Positions 1-17,416 of a DNA stretch of 64,000 nucleotides are shown here, piece after piece (within the stretch, counting starts at the first letter, position 1; each line of letters starts with the position of its first letter). Below the pieces are notes generated by a model. The model worked only from the letters and a program-made list of their open reading frames with translations. It searched no databases and was not told the DNA's origin. Origin of the DNA: Ministeria vibrans ATCC 50519 (Eukaryota; Protista; Filasterea); contig CALSCP010001890.1 in NCBI GenBank assembly GCA_943704425.1, forward strand, positions 20,656 to 84,655, written 5' to 3'. A program made the translations under genes and the position numbers.

Positions 1-23
1 CATTTTTTTTTTTCAAGAATACA

Positions 24-3000
24 ATGAGTCAATCTCAACAGGGTGGCTCTCCGCAGCAACCACATGGCGCCGTGCCGACGCCGCAACTTGGGCAGTACTA
101 CCAGATGCCGCCACAGGCCTTCTACGTAACGAAATGCGCTCTCTGCTGCCGTCGCCGCCACGCCTTGCCTCGCCTAAGCCCCACCCGCTGCCCTGGTCGA
201 GCGCGGCACCGCGTGCGCTCCCGCAGCGGCGTCTCTCGTCCGCTTTTGCGTCTGCCATGCGTCGACCACAACCCCTCGCGGACGACCCGCTCCTCCCGCT
301 CAGCCCAGGGGCCCTCCCCTTCCCCCTTCCCCGTGCTCCGTCGATTCCCCATTGCTCCTCTTTGCGCCCGTCGCACCCCTGTCTCTCTCATGCCTCTCCT
401 GTCGTCTCAGGAGTAGTGCACGAAAAAAAAAAATCTTTTTGTGAAACTCACTCCGTTGCTCACTCCCCTGTCCTCTTTCATCTCATCCTCGCGTCATACC
501 CAGCTCTATCAGTCTGTTTTCTGCCCTCTACCGCTGGCATATACGTCTCAATCCGTCCAATCTGCCACTTTTTTGTTCTTTTTTTTTGATGATGATCCTC
601 CATTGTCTCCTCTCTCAATCGCTGTTGGTTCTTTCTTTCTGCTCCTTTCTCTCTCACTCTTTCTGTCTCTCTCTCTCTCTCTCTTTCTTTCTAACGTACG
701 ATGTTCTTGCTTTTGTCTCCAGCCGCCTCAAGGGCCGTACTACATGGGCATGCCCAACGTAGCGCCCATGTACTATCCCGCAGTCCAACCAATGCAACAA
801 CGTGCACCACAGCAACAAATCCCGACGACTGCGGCAACTGCGACCGTACCCGCGACAGCAGCAACAGGCACCACCGCGACAAAGAAACTGAATGTCTCGG
901 CGCCTGCGTTTGTTCCACGCGTCACTGCTTCTGAGTTTGTGCCAGGCGCTCCTGTGTTTGTGCCTGGTGCAGGTATTGCATCTATGGCTCCTGTTGCTGT
1001 TGCCGTTCCCCCCGCGGTGACATCGCCTGTGCCACCCCCTCGCAAACCTGTAGTTGTCAAGGACCCCAAGACGGACGAGGTTGTGATACTGTCGCCCAAG
1101 ACGCCTGCCAACACCGCTGCGGCCGCACACGCGACTGCTGCCGCTGGTATTGCCGCTGTCGAAATCGCCGCTCCCAAAACCGAGACTTCAACAGCCAAGA
1201 CTGCGCCTGTGGCCACATCAACCGCAACAGCCTCCTCCCCCTCCTCCTCCTCCCCTTGTACTACCAACACCACCACTAGCATCAAGTCGGATACGTCGTC
1301 GATTGCCACGACACCCGCGCCAGGACTGGCTACCGCCGCTGCCGCTGTGGCCGCCGCAGCTGCGGTTGCCTCGCGACCCGCAAGCACGCCCTCCACATCG
1401 GCGGCGTCGCCCGACGCGCCCGCGTTTACCCCGGCCGACTGCTCGCCCACAGGCATTGTCTATGGACCCCACGACTTCAACCCCGCCAAGAACGAGGCGA
1501 CGGAGAAGAAAACATACTCGCGTGAGTTCCTCATTCGCATGAGCGTCCTCTGTGTCACCCCTCCTGCCGACATGCTCGACGTCAAGGGTCTGTTTGGAAC
1601 CGCCTCGCGACGCGGCTCCACCAGCAATCAGGGCGGTGCATCGTCGGGCGGTGGTCGACGCCAGCAGACGGGCCCCGGCGGTCTTTTGTCCGCACCCAAC
1701 CAGCAGGGTTTCCAGCACCAGCAGATGGGCCACCAGCAAGCCCGTCGCTCCTCCAACTCACAGCAAAACGGCAACTTCCAACAGGGTGGAGGCCAACGTC
1801 GCGACAACCGCGGTCCCCACCGTGGCGGTGGCAACCCTGGCGGACAGCGCCACAAGGGTGGTCAGCAGCCTCTGTTGCATCCTAATGAGGTACGTCCTCT
1901 CGAAAAGACGTCCAACGCCTGGGTGAAGCCGGTGACCGCCCTGGGCGAACTCGACGAGGAGGACCAAGAGGTGGAGAAGCTGCGTCTCAAGGTGCGCGGC
2001 ATCCTCAACAAGCTGACGCCGTCCACTTTCGACAAGCTCACCGATCAGATTCTCTCACTTGAAATCATCAACGAGGTGCGCCTCACCGCCGTGATCAATC
2101 TTGTATTCGACAAGGCCATCGACGAACCCAACTTTGCCGAAATGTACGCGCGTCTCTGCCTCAAACTCAGCAAAAAGAAGCTTGCCGTGCAGGGCGAGTC
2201 CGCTGACGCCCCGAGCACTCCAACCTCTGCTGCTGCTGCTGCTGCCTCGGCCGACCAGGGAGCCACCGCGGGAGGTGCTGCTGCTGCTGCTGCTGCACCC
2301 GTGCGCAAGCCGCAGACGTTTCAGCGCAGTCTGCTCAACCGATGTCAGGTGGAGTTTGAAAAGGACGAGAAGATGCCGCCGGAGCCGACGGCGGAGGAAA
2401 AGGAGGCCATGACACCACTCGAGCTGGAGGAGGTCGAGGAGAAGCGGCTGAAGCTGAAGCGTCGCATGATTGGCAACATTATGTTTATTGGCGAACTCTA
2501 CAAGCTCGAGATGCTCAACAGTGCCATTATGCAACGATGCGTCGACGATCTCTTCCTGTCGGGCGAAGAGGACGACCTCGAGTCTATGTGCAAACTCCTT
2601 GCCACTATTGGCAAGCGTCTCTCCGACGCGCTCATTGCGCGCTACTTTGAACATGTCAACATATTGTTGGACACATCCAAGCAGCTGGCGCCGCGCATCC
2701 GCTTCATGCTGCTTGACCTCATTGAGCTCAGAAAAGCCAACTGGGTGCCCCGTCGCGCCGCCACTGGCCCCAAGAAGATTGAGGAGATTCACGCCGAGGA
2801 GAACCGCAAGCGTGTTGCCGAGGAACAGCGCCGTGCCACTCGTGGACGTGGTGGTGGTCCCGGCGGCCGCTATGCCGACTCGCGCGAGCCGTACCAGGGC
2901 AAGACGAAAACAGGCATGGCGTCGACGAGTCAGCTCAAGCAGCTGCGTGTGAAGCGCGCTCAGCAGTCTGGCAATTCGCACGACGAGGCGCTCTTTCGGC

Positions 3001-4677
3001 CTCAGGGACGTGGCGGAGGCGGTAATGGCGGAGGCTTCTCGGGTGGCGGCAACAGTGGCAGTGGCCTCAACTCGCCCATGGGCAGCCGAGGCGGCTCTCA
3101 GCCACCATCGCAACCCAACTCGCAGCGCCAATCACCGACAACGTCGCGTCGTGCACACCGCGATGGTGCCGACGACAACAAGGGCAAGGCCATGCCGTCA
3201 GCAAACAAATTTGCAGCGCTCCTCGACAACGACGGGAACCAGGACGACGACGAGGAAGAAGACGACGACGATGAGGAGATGGAGGATGCTGTGGACGCCA
3301 GCGACAACGATGACGACGACGAGGACGTGTTTGAGGATGCCGACACGGAGATGACCGAGGAAACCGCCGATGCGCTCACGACCAAACTGTTGCGTGAGTA
3401 TGCCAACTCGCGCGACGTGGACGATGCCGCCTCGTGCATTGGCGACATTCCTGTCGAATTCCATGGCGTCGTTGCCGAGAAGATTCTGGGTCAGGCGCTC
3501 GAGGCAAAGCCGCAGGAGTGCGAGCAGCTGTCGCGCCTCGTGGTGCACGCACTCAATGAAAGTATCATTTCACCAGACACGCTCCGTGATGCCCTGGTGA
3601 GCTTTGTGGACATGATCACCGACATTGCCATTGACGCACCGGGCGCCTACCGCAACATGGGCGTCCTCGTGGGCGCCACGGTGGTTCCGGCCCACCTTCC
3701 CCTGTCCTTCCTCGCCGACAACCGTGCCGACATCTCCGACCAGCGTGGCTTCCAGACCATTGTTGCCTCTGCTCTTCGTGCGATCCTTAACAAAACGGTA
3801 CCTTGCGCGTTTTCAATCTTTTAGTGTCTATTTCTTCTTATATGCGTCTTATAATTATAATTATTATAATATATTATATTGTATATGTATAGGATGAGGA
3901 GACCGTGATGAGATTATTGAGCGACGTGGCACTGGACTCGCTTGTGGATGCGCCTGAGACATTTGCTGAATCAAACGTAGCTAATTTCTCAATTTTGATA
4001 TCACTTTTTGGCTCATTGTTATTACTTTGTAGGAGATGAACTTTCTCGTTGGAAAGGCCGGAAAGAAGGCACTTAAAGAGTCTGAACTGATGGCGTTTGT
4101 GCAGAAGAATCCAGACTCAGAGGCCATTTGTGTCCATGTCGAGGTACCCCCCTGCCGTAGACTGATGATTCGACTGACTGATTTCGCGGTGAATATAGGA
4201 CTGTATTGATGACTGTGATGAGGAGTCGATGGCAGTGCTGACACGTGCGTTGTTGGATGAAGCGGCGACGCAGACTGTGTTTGCGGGTGAGCGCGAAACC
4301 ATCAAGCGAATGAATCTGGCCAAGAAGCAGATTTCTACTGACGTGACCGAGACCGAGCGCGAAGTACGAAACATTCTAATTATAATGATAATTATATTAA
4401 TTGTGGTTGTCCTGACTGTGTTGTGTTAGGCTGCAAAAGAATTGGTGACTCCTGTGCTTTCGTGCTTTGCTGGTGCGCGGACTGAGCTGCACTTGGCTAT
4501 TTTGCGTGCCCTCCAATCCTTTTTCTACACAGCCTGCCAGCCCGTTGGTACGCAAATTTTTGTGACTTTTGACTCTTTTTGTTCCCTCGTCGTTTGTATT
4601 CTGTGTGTGTCTTTTTTCTCTATTACTCTCTTTTTCTCACCTTCTTTCGCTATTTCTCTCTCTCCCTATCACTTTGT

Positions 4678-4717
<40 letters not shown>

Positions 4718-5070
4718 NNNNNNNNNCCCATTACCACAAGCGAGTTAACTTCGATGCCAAAGGCACCATTTTCCTTTCTTTCTTTCTTGCTTTTTCGTTC
4801 TTTTTTCTCTGTCTGTATAGGTTTTATGCAGCGCTGGCTGACTTACCTTCTGGAATTTAATGTTGTGACGCGCGAGTCGATTGATGCGTGGAAGATCGAC
4901 TCGTATGAGCCCAGCTCAAAGACAGTGGCACTCAATGTACGCACACATGCACACACACACACACACAATTACGCACCAATCACCATCACACACGACAACC
5001 CTTTGATTGATCCTCTTACTTATACTGGCACTTTGTTTCGTTGTAGGATGCTGCTGATTTCTTTGCGTGA
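24..5070 (+). CDS. EIF4G: Eukaryotic translation initiation factor 4G (MIF4G, MA3, W2 domains); 8 exons: 24-125, 723-3797, 3893-3976, 4033-4143, 4199-4363, 4430-4547, 4821-4936, 5047-5070
   Basis: eIF4E-binding motif YSREFLI (~1515); MIF4G segments KVRGILNKLTPSTFDKL, FAEMYARLC, IGNIMFIGELYK, RIRFMLLDLIELR; MA3-like LLREYANSRDVDDA; GT-AG introns keep the frame to a stop at 5070. Confidence 0.95.
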
Positions 5071-5244
5071 ACACTTTTATGAATTGCCTGTTCTCTTTCC
5101 CCACCCACACACGCGCACACACCTATCTTTCTCCCGTTTTCCGGTTTTTTTTTTCTCTTTTTCTTTCTGAGCGAGCTGACATGCAATACAAAAATGACCC
5201 AAACCAACAAAATGATAGAGAAAGGGATGATTGGATAATGTACA

Positions 5245-7945
5245 TTAGACGCGCAGAAGAGGGCCATGGCAATGGACACAAGCACAGTGTTCGAGGACAA
5301 TAGGCTCGTCCTGCAACTGCGAGTCGAGCAGCTGTTGAATGTGCGCAGTGGGAATGTGCTCGTCTGTATCTGTACCACTGCTGTTGTTGCTGTGGTGCTG
5401 TGGGTGGCTGTTGTTGTGCGGGGCACTGCTAAACTTGGTGTCGGCGACCTTAGTGAGGAGAGTGTCGCGCTGACTGAGCAAATGGCGAATGACTCGCTTG
5501 AGTTCCGTCAGCTGTCGCTCAATGTGCGAGCGTGTCTCGAGCAATGCACTAATCTCAAGGTCTTTTTCCCGAAACCGTTCACGCAGGGCCTTGCGCTCGC
5601 GATGATACAGTGCAATGTACTCGCCAATGGTGTCGGCCTCGCCCGCCAGCTGCGTCGCCAACAGCTCTTCCTTTCGCACTCGTCCGGCCATTTCGTCACG
5701 AGCCTGCTCTGCATCGCTCAGTCGCAACTGCGACTCGCGCAATCGAAGACGCAACAGTCGGTTCTCTTCCCGTACACTTGCATCGTCCACTGCGCTACTA
5801 CTCGTTCCTTCACTACCTTCCTCCGCAGCCTTCGCTTCGCTCTCTGTCGCTAAGACACTGCTAGCGCTATCATCACTCGCACGCGCCCCTTCTTCTTCCT
5901 CCCGTCCACCCATTTTTTTCGCTCCCTCGCGATCTGCCATGGCCAGCTCAAAGACACGCACGCGGTTCGCAAGGAAGTCTCGTTCCTGGCTTAGTTGTTC
6001 CGTCTCCGCGACGCTTTGTCTCAGCGCCATTCGCACTGCGTCTATCCCATCGGCAGCCTCCGCCAACTCCTCGCCAGCCGACACTGCACCTGCCTCAAGC
6101 GCATGCGCCACCACCACCGCCTCTCCACCCACTGCCTCCTTCGCATCTGCGTCGCTTTGCACCAGTGCACCAGCAGCAGGTGTAGCACGACGCAACTGCG
6201 CGACTTCATGTTGCGCCGCCTGCATCTGCGTCACTGCCTCCACCTTATCGTTGGTCACCTGCACAAAGCGCATCTCAAGCTCTTCCAGACGCGCCTTTAG
6301 TTCACGATTCTGCAAAGTAGCCTTGCTAATGAGTTCAGCATCGCCTCGGGACTTCTCCAGCAGTCGTTGTGTGTCCTGTCCCGACTCCTTCAGTGTCTCA
6401 AGCTGTCGTTGCAGTGAGCGCGCATTCGCCTCGTGCGTGTGCTTCTCAACCAAAAGCTCGTCGTTGGCGTGGGTCTGTGCCGAGAGACGCTGTGCAAGGT
6501 CACTGCGCTCCGCCTCGAGGGCCGCCACGCGCTGTTGCATTTCGGTGTCGTTGCGTGTGTCCTCTTGCTCCGCGAGCACACTCTCCTTGACCGCGTCCAC
6601 TGCCGACTGCTCTTGCGCCTGTGCGAGCTGTTCAGATAAAAGGGAAATGCGCTCTTCGGCGGCACTCAACGACGCCTGTAGGCTGCTGTGTCGTGCTGAC
6701 TCTGCCGAGTGTGCCTCCTCCTGCAGCTGTTCGGCCTTTTGCTGCGCTGCACGCAAAGTCAGGTGAGCGGTGTCGCGTTCTTCGCAGACGAGTCGATAGC
6801 GCTCACGCTCCGCTCGCAATTGACTGTCCAGTTCGTGTCGTTCCGCTGCAAGTTGTTCCACCGAATGTTCCAATTGAGCAACTTGCCGTTGGAGGCGCTC
6901 CACCTCGGCCGTTGCAAGGGCCGCAGCGGCACTTGCATCCGCAGAGTCAGTGTCCGTGTCCTTCTTGTCGCTCGGATGGGGACGCTCAACGAGCTGCGCT
7001 CGAAGTTGATCAATAGTCTCCGAGTGCGCTTTGTTAGCCGACAAGAGCTGCTGTCGATGCTGGTCGAGCTCGTCGACGCGGCTCTCGGTATTCTGCACTT
7101 GACGACGCAACGTCTTGTTTTCGTTGGCCATCTGCCCGTTGAGGCGTGTCTGCTCGCGCAGCTCCGTCTGCAACTCTGAGTTGGTGCGAGTCAGCTCGGT
7201 ATTCGCTTGTGTCGACTGACGCATAGAGTCGCCAAGACGAGCGACCTCTTGTCGTTCGCTGGCGAGCGCCTCCAGCGCCTGCTGTCGTGTCAGCTTGAGC
7301 TCGGACTGCTCACGCAGCAACATCTCAATGGTGGCCGCATGCGATCGCAAGCGGTCCTCAAGCATCCCTGCGACAGCACCCGAGCTCAGCGCCTCGCCCG
7401 CGTGCGCGCCCCTGCCCAAAAGCGCCGCCGACGACACAACAGGCGCAGTCGACTGCTCCAGATCACGCGAGATTTGTCGCAGTCGCTCAATCGACGAGAT
7501 CCCCGAATCACTCTCGTCAAGAGACCCTTCCAATGCTGAAGATCGTGCTTCTACGTCTGCCAACGGCGCAACGGTCGACGAGGGAGGCGCCGTCGTCGCA
7601 AGCTCGTCAAGTCGCATTTCACCATCTGAATTCAAATCGAGAAAAATATTTATAATAGAACATAGCACTTTGACGTACGTTTTCGACACCATCTGAATTC
7701 AAATCGAGAAAAAAAAAAAAAAAATGCAAACGGTCAAAATGGAACGGCAAAACGCGCACGGACAAGCTGCTTTTACCGGTGAAATCACTGGATGGTGCGG
7801 GTTTCGACGCGCCTGCTGATCGCTGGAGTCTGAATCTGTCGAGCTGGCCAGAGAGAGCGGTGTGAAGGGACAAAGCACACCCAATGCGTAATTATACCTT
7901 TTTTCGAGCAGCCGCAAGCTTCCGCTGACGCTCTTCGTCTGCCAT
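5245..7945 (-). CDS. GOLGA2: Golgin subfamily A member 2 / GM130 (exons 7945-7898, 7843-7777, main exon ~7625-5245)
   Basis: N-terminal MADEERQRKLAAARKKLDRF (GM130 p115-binding-type motif), long coiled coil, LAGEADTIGEYIALY and C-terminal CxHCHGPLLRV GRASP-binding-type tail. Confidence 0.9.
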
Positions 7946-8066
7946 TGCCTCCGTGAGTGTCTATCGATATGATAGCCAAGAAAAGAAAAATGAATTGCAA
8001 TGAGTATTATTGTTATTGTTATAATATTATTTTTATTCATTTTGACTTTCTTTGCTCTCTGATCCA

Positions 8067-13105
<5,039 letters not shown>

Positions 13106-13237
13106 TACTACTGGGAGAATATAATACAATATTGTTCCTATTCATTTTTACTCGATATTTTTTTGACACGATGTGTTTACAATGATATAGTGATGTACAC
13201 TTTCTCTCATTGACTCTCTCGTTCCTTCCTCGCCATC

Positions 13238-15514
13238 TCATCGCTCTTTGTCCTGCGCCACCACACTCACTGCTGAGCCAAAGAGCAGCGCACGCACTCC
13301 AGCACTCATCTGCTGCTCCTGCTGCGCCGGGGTCAGCGTGTGTGCATGCGCCACCAGTGCCTCTCGCAACCGATCTCCGCCATCCTCAAACGCCTACTCA
13401 CACGCGCGCACACACACGTAAATGTCGTGTGAGTAAAATAAAGCAACATTCACATTCATTAAAGTTGTTCACTCACCCACACTCAACTCCCTCACTCGAA
13501 CACACATTTTTTACCTTTGCCAAGTGTTTTGCATTCAACTGAAGCAACACCGGAATGGTGTGAGGCAGGTTCTGCTGACAGCACTTCACAAACCCTTCCC
13601 ACAGCTTTGGTCGGTCCCAGATCTTCTTCTTGACCAGTCGCGACAGAATCGACACCACAAAACTCACAAGACGCGGACAAATCTCAAGCGACTTCATCAC
13701 CTGCACGCAAAACATAATAAGCATACGCTCGAGCCAAATACCTCTTGTTCTTGGCGTACCGTTCGCATAAAAAGAATGGAAAGAGGCTGAACGTCAACCA
13801 ACTGTTGAAGCACAATGGCAAGGACTTCGTGAGTGAACACAGCAGGATGCAGAAAGCACTGGTCGGTGGCGTCGATGATCATGCGCCACGCGTCACGCGC
13901 CTCTTTGGCGACGTCGGAAGGCGTGATCGAGTGCAGCACAAACAACAGGTCGCCCGGAGGCAACTGTGGCGTGCTCGAGAGTAGTCGCACGAAGACCTCG
14001 CGCACAGCATTGCTTGGCAGTGAAATCAGTTTCGGCAGTGCCACGAGAATTTCCGACTTTTCAAGACCGGCGAGAATCGGAATGAGAAAGCGAGCGTCTT
14101 GCGTGCGCTCTGCATAGAGAGTCTTTACAACGGTCACAAGTCGCTTAGTGGGCGCCTGTTTGTCTGTGAGCGAATGCAAGATGCGCAGAATCAAAAAGTC
14201 GGATCCCTCTGGCGGGTTCCCAATGAGCGCAAGCAACGCAGGGCTCGCCTGACCAATGGTCCGGATGAGTGTCTCGAGTTGCCCATGCACCACGCGCTTC
14301 ACCTTCTTGGGCGACGCAGCGTACACCGTCGCGAGTTGATGCAACAAACGGGGGTTCTCTAGGCAGAGCACCTGAAAGGGTGTCAGGTGCATCTTGATGC
14401 GCGTCTCGGGCCACTCCTCCACTTCACGCTCTCGCAGAGCTTCCAGCTTCTCGCGCGCATGCCCTTCAATCTGTACACCAATGTTCGTCGCACACACTCT
14501 TTCCTCATCGTCATCATCACCATCATTGTGCCCACCAATCGTCGCGCGCGCCTCCGCCGCCTTGGGCTCGACTGCGCCGCCTTCCACTCTCACATCCATC
14601 TCATCATTTACGTCGCCTCCTTCCTTCGCCTGCTCCGCCGCCTCTGCCGCTTCTTCTTTTGCCTCTTCGTGCTCGTCTTCCCCCTCTCGCTTTTGCTGCA
14701 CAAGAGTTTTACGGTAAAGCATGCGGGTCTTCTGCACCGCCGGGTTCCTAACGTGGTCTTCGTCGGACACAGTAAAGGCCAGCAGCATGGGAAGGCAATC
14801 GTCGCGGCAGGCCGGTCGGTCCCAAATAAGATCCTGCAAGAGAGTAAGGCCCCGATGAGAGGTGGTTGCGTCAAGACAGAGAGCCTCGAGAACACCAAAT
14901 GCCCCGTCGGTGAGAGAAGGGCACTCGAGTAGCACGCGTGACAGCACTCGGTTGAGCTCCTTGTCTTCCATGAGGCTCTCCAGCAACTGTTGTAGACACG
15001 TTTCGTAGCTTGCCGCCGCAAGCGCGCTGCGTTCTTGCTCCTCCACTGAGGCCCCTTCCAACTGCTCGGCGGCCACGCAACTTTGTTTGTGCTCCGCCAC
15101 AAGCCAAGTGAGAGCTAGATCGAGCCGCTCGGCCGGATCGCTCAGCACGTGCTCGAGCAAGAGCGGCGCAAACCAGCGGTCGTTGGTGTCGACGCCGCTA
15201 CCAAATTCGCGCGCGGTCAATCGTGCCAGGAGGCCTATGCGTGCTTGGGGCGCGCCAATGCGACCGGCCGAGTCTAGCAGTCGCTGAAAGGCCATAACTG
15301 CCATTTCTCGATGTCCATTGTGCTCTTCGGCAAGTGGTACGGCTCGCAGTTCAAATTTGGTGCGAAGCGACACGTGTGGAACGGCAGAGGCAGCAGGAAT
15401 AAGTGCGTGTGCGGCGGCAGGCACAAGCAACGAGGGACCCACAGCGACGGGCACATCATTGCTGTCAATGCCGGGCTCTGTCTTGATCATGTCCACATCC
15501 ATGCCGTCCGATGG

Positions 15515-15549
<35 letters not shown>

Positions 15550-17026
15550 CAGTTGTAGTGGTCGAGGTCGGTGCAGTAGGGGCAGAGCCGCGAGAGCGAG
15601 GGTCACGACGAGCGCGACGAGGATCACGCGATGCGGCCAACGATTCAGTTGCCGATGTCGCTGTGGCCTCCAACAAATCATCTGCGGCGTCCTGCAGCTG
15701 TTGTTGTTGTTGTGACAACGGCGGTCCCGCTGCGCTGGCTGTGGTCGCTGACGTGACACTGGCAGTCGGCTCTTCGTCACCGACAGCAGAACCGGGTGCA
15801 ATGTCGCGCATGCTAAAGTCAGCGGGCATTGTGTCGGGCAACATCATCATGTACTGCATGACCAGGCCGACAACAATAGGCAACGGTATGCGTGCAAGAA
15901 GAAGTGGATCAATGCGAGTGCGTTTCGCTGCGTTGCCGTCGCCCGCACCACCGCCGAGTGCGCCACGGTCGTCCATGCCTGCCTCGTCTGCTGTGCGTTT
16001 TCGAGCAGCACCTGCGCCGCGAAAGAACGCCTCGTACTCAACACGCTTTGCACCAAGGTTGTTCAAGCCCGTCGCAAGTTGCATGTGCCATTCGGCGCTA
16101 CTGGGGTGCTTCATGAGTGCGAGCAGTTCGGTGCGCAGGCGCTTTTTGAGCGACGCCAGAGCAGACTGGCCAAACTCGCGTGCTTCCGGTGTGGTCAGGT
16201 GCACCAAGGTGGTACAGGCGCGACCCATAAACCGGGGTCGCTGGCGTGCAATTGTGGCAAGTGATGTGCACGCGACAAGCAAGTTGCTTGTCGACACACC
16301 TTCGGTGGCGGTGACGAGCGCGAGCAGATCGAACAGGCGAGCGCCTTCAGCGCGCAACTGCTCCACGTCAAGCAGTGCGTGGTTCAACGGCACCGCATCC
16401 AACGAGGTGATCTCAGCGCCCGTCGACGTTGCACGAGCACGCGTAGCGCCCGTCGATTCGCTCGTCTGAAACGAGAAGGTCGTGACCAGCATCTCGACAA
16501 ACTTGATGGCATTGGTGCGCACACCATCGTTGACTTTTGCCTGCAGTGCAGCGGCAGTGACAGCCGCCACGGCCGCAACACTGGCCTCATCTTCGCCTTC
16601 GGCGGGCGCTGGGGCCGGAGCTGGCGGAGCGCCTGGCAGAAACGAGACAATGTCAAGGGTGACGGCCAAAAGCGACGCCCACATCTGCGCAATGGTGTCG
16701 CTCGTAGTGATCGCCACAAGGTGCAGCGCCGCCCCGTACACAATGGTCATGCACTGAACAATGCGCTTGAGCTCGGCCGACGTCGTGCAGTCGGCGCGGA
16801 TCATGTAGCGCAGCGCATCAAGTGCGTACGGCAGTTGTGCTGGAAATCTGCATGAAAATAATATAATACATCAGTCAGTTCCAATGCGAGAGACCGATTG
16901 GCATCAGGAGACGCCGGAAGCGGGAGGGGGACGAGGAGAGTCAAGCGAGTCAGCACGGGACGGGGGCGACAATGAAAGAAGCGGAACAGAAGAAGAAGAA
17001 GAAGAAGAAGAAGAAGAAGAAGAGGC

Positions 17027-17064
<38 letters not shown>

Positions 17065-17313
17065 GACGCATCAAAACGTTTTAACGTACTTTTTCGCAGT
17101 TGCCTCGACGAAACCGACGCAGAAACGACGGACATCGGCGCTAGGGTCCAGCTGGAACTGGAGGATCTCGTCGACAAAGTTGTCAAGCAGCCCGGGCGCT
17201 GAGTGGAGCAGCAGCTCTTGGATTTGGTTGAGGCGCGCTAGCTTGTCGGCCGTCGATGCTGCCGCGTGCGCATCGCTGAGCAGCGCGACCACTTGGTTGG
17301 CAGTGACCACCAT
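13238..17313 (-). CDS. SYMPK: Symplekin / Pta1 (mRNA 3'-end processing scaffold)
   Basis: N-terminal LLDNFVDEILQFQLDPSADVRRFCVGFVE, DGVRTNAIKFVE, IARQRPRFM; C-terminal DARFLIPILAGLEK and KIWDRPKLWEGFVKC; last exon stops at 13238. Confidence 0.93.
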
Positions 17314-17416
17314 CTCAACAAACAGAGCGTTTAAAAAAATTGATGAATGAATTATTATTATTCCGTCTTTTATGTGTAAGATACAATGATTGTTTATGTC
17401 TTTGTGCATTTCAGTG

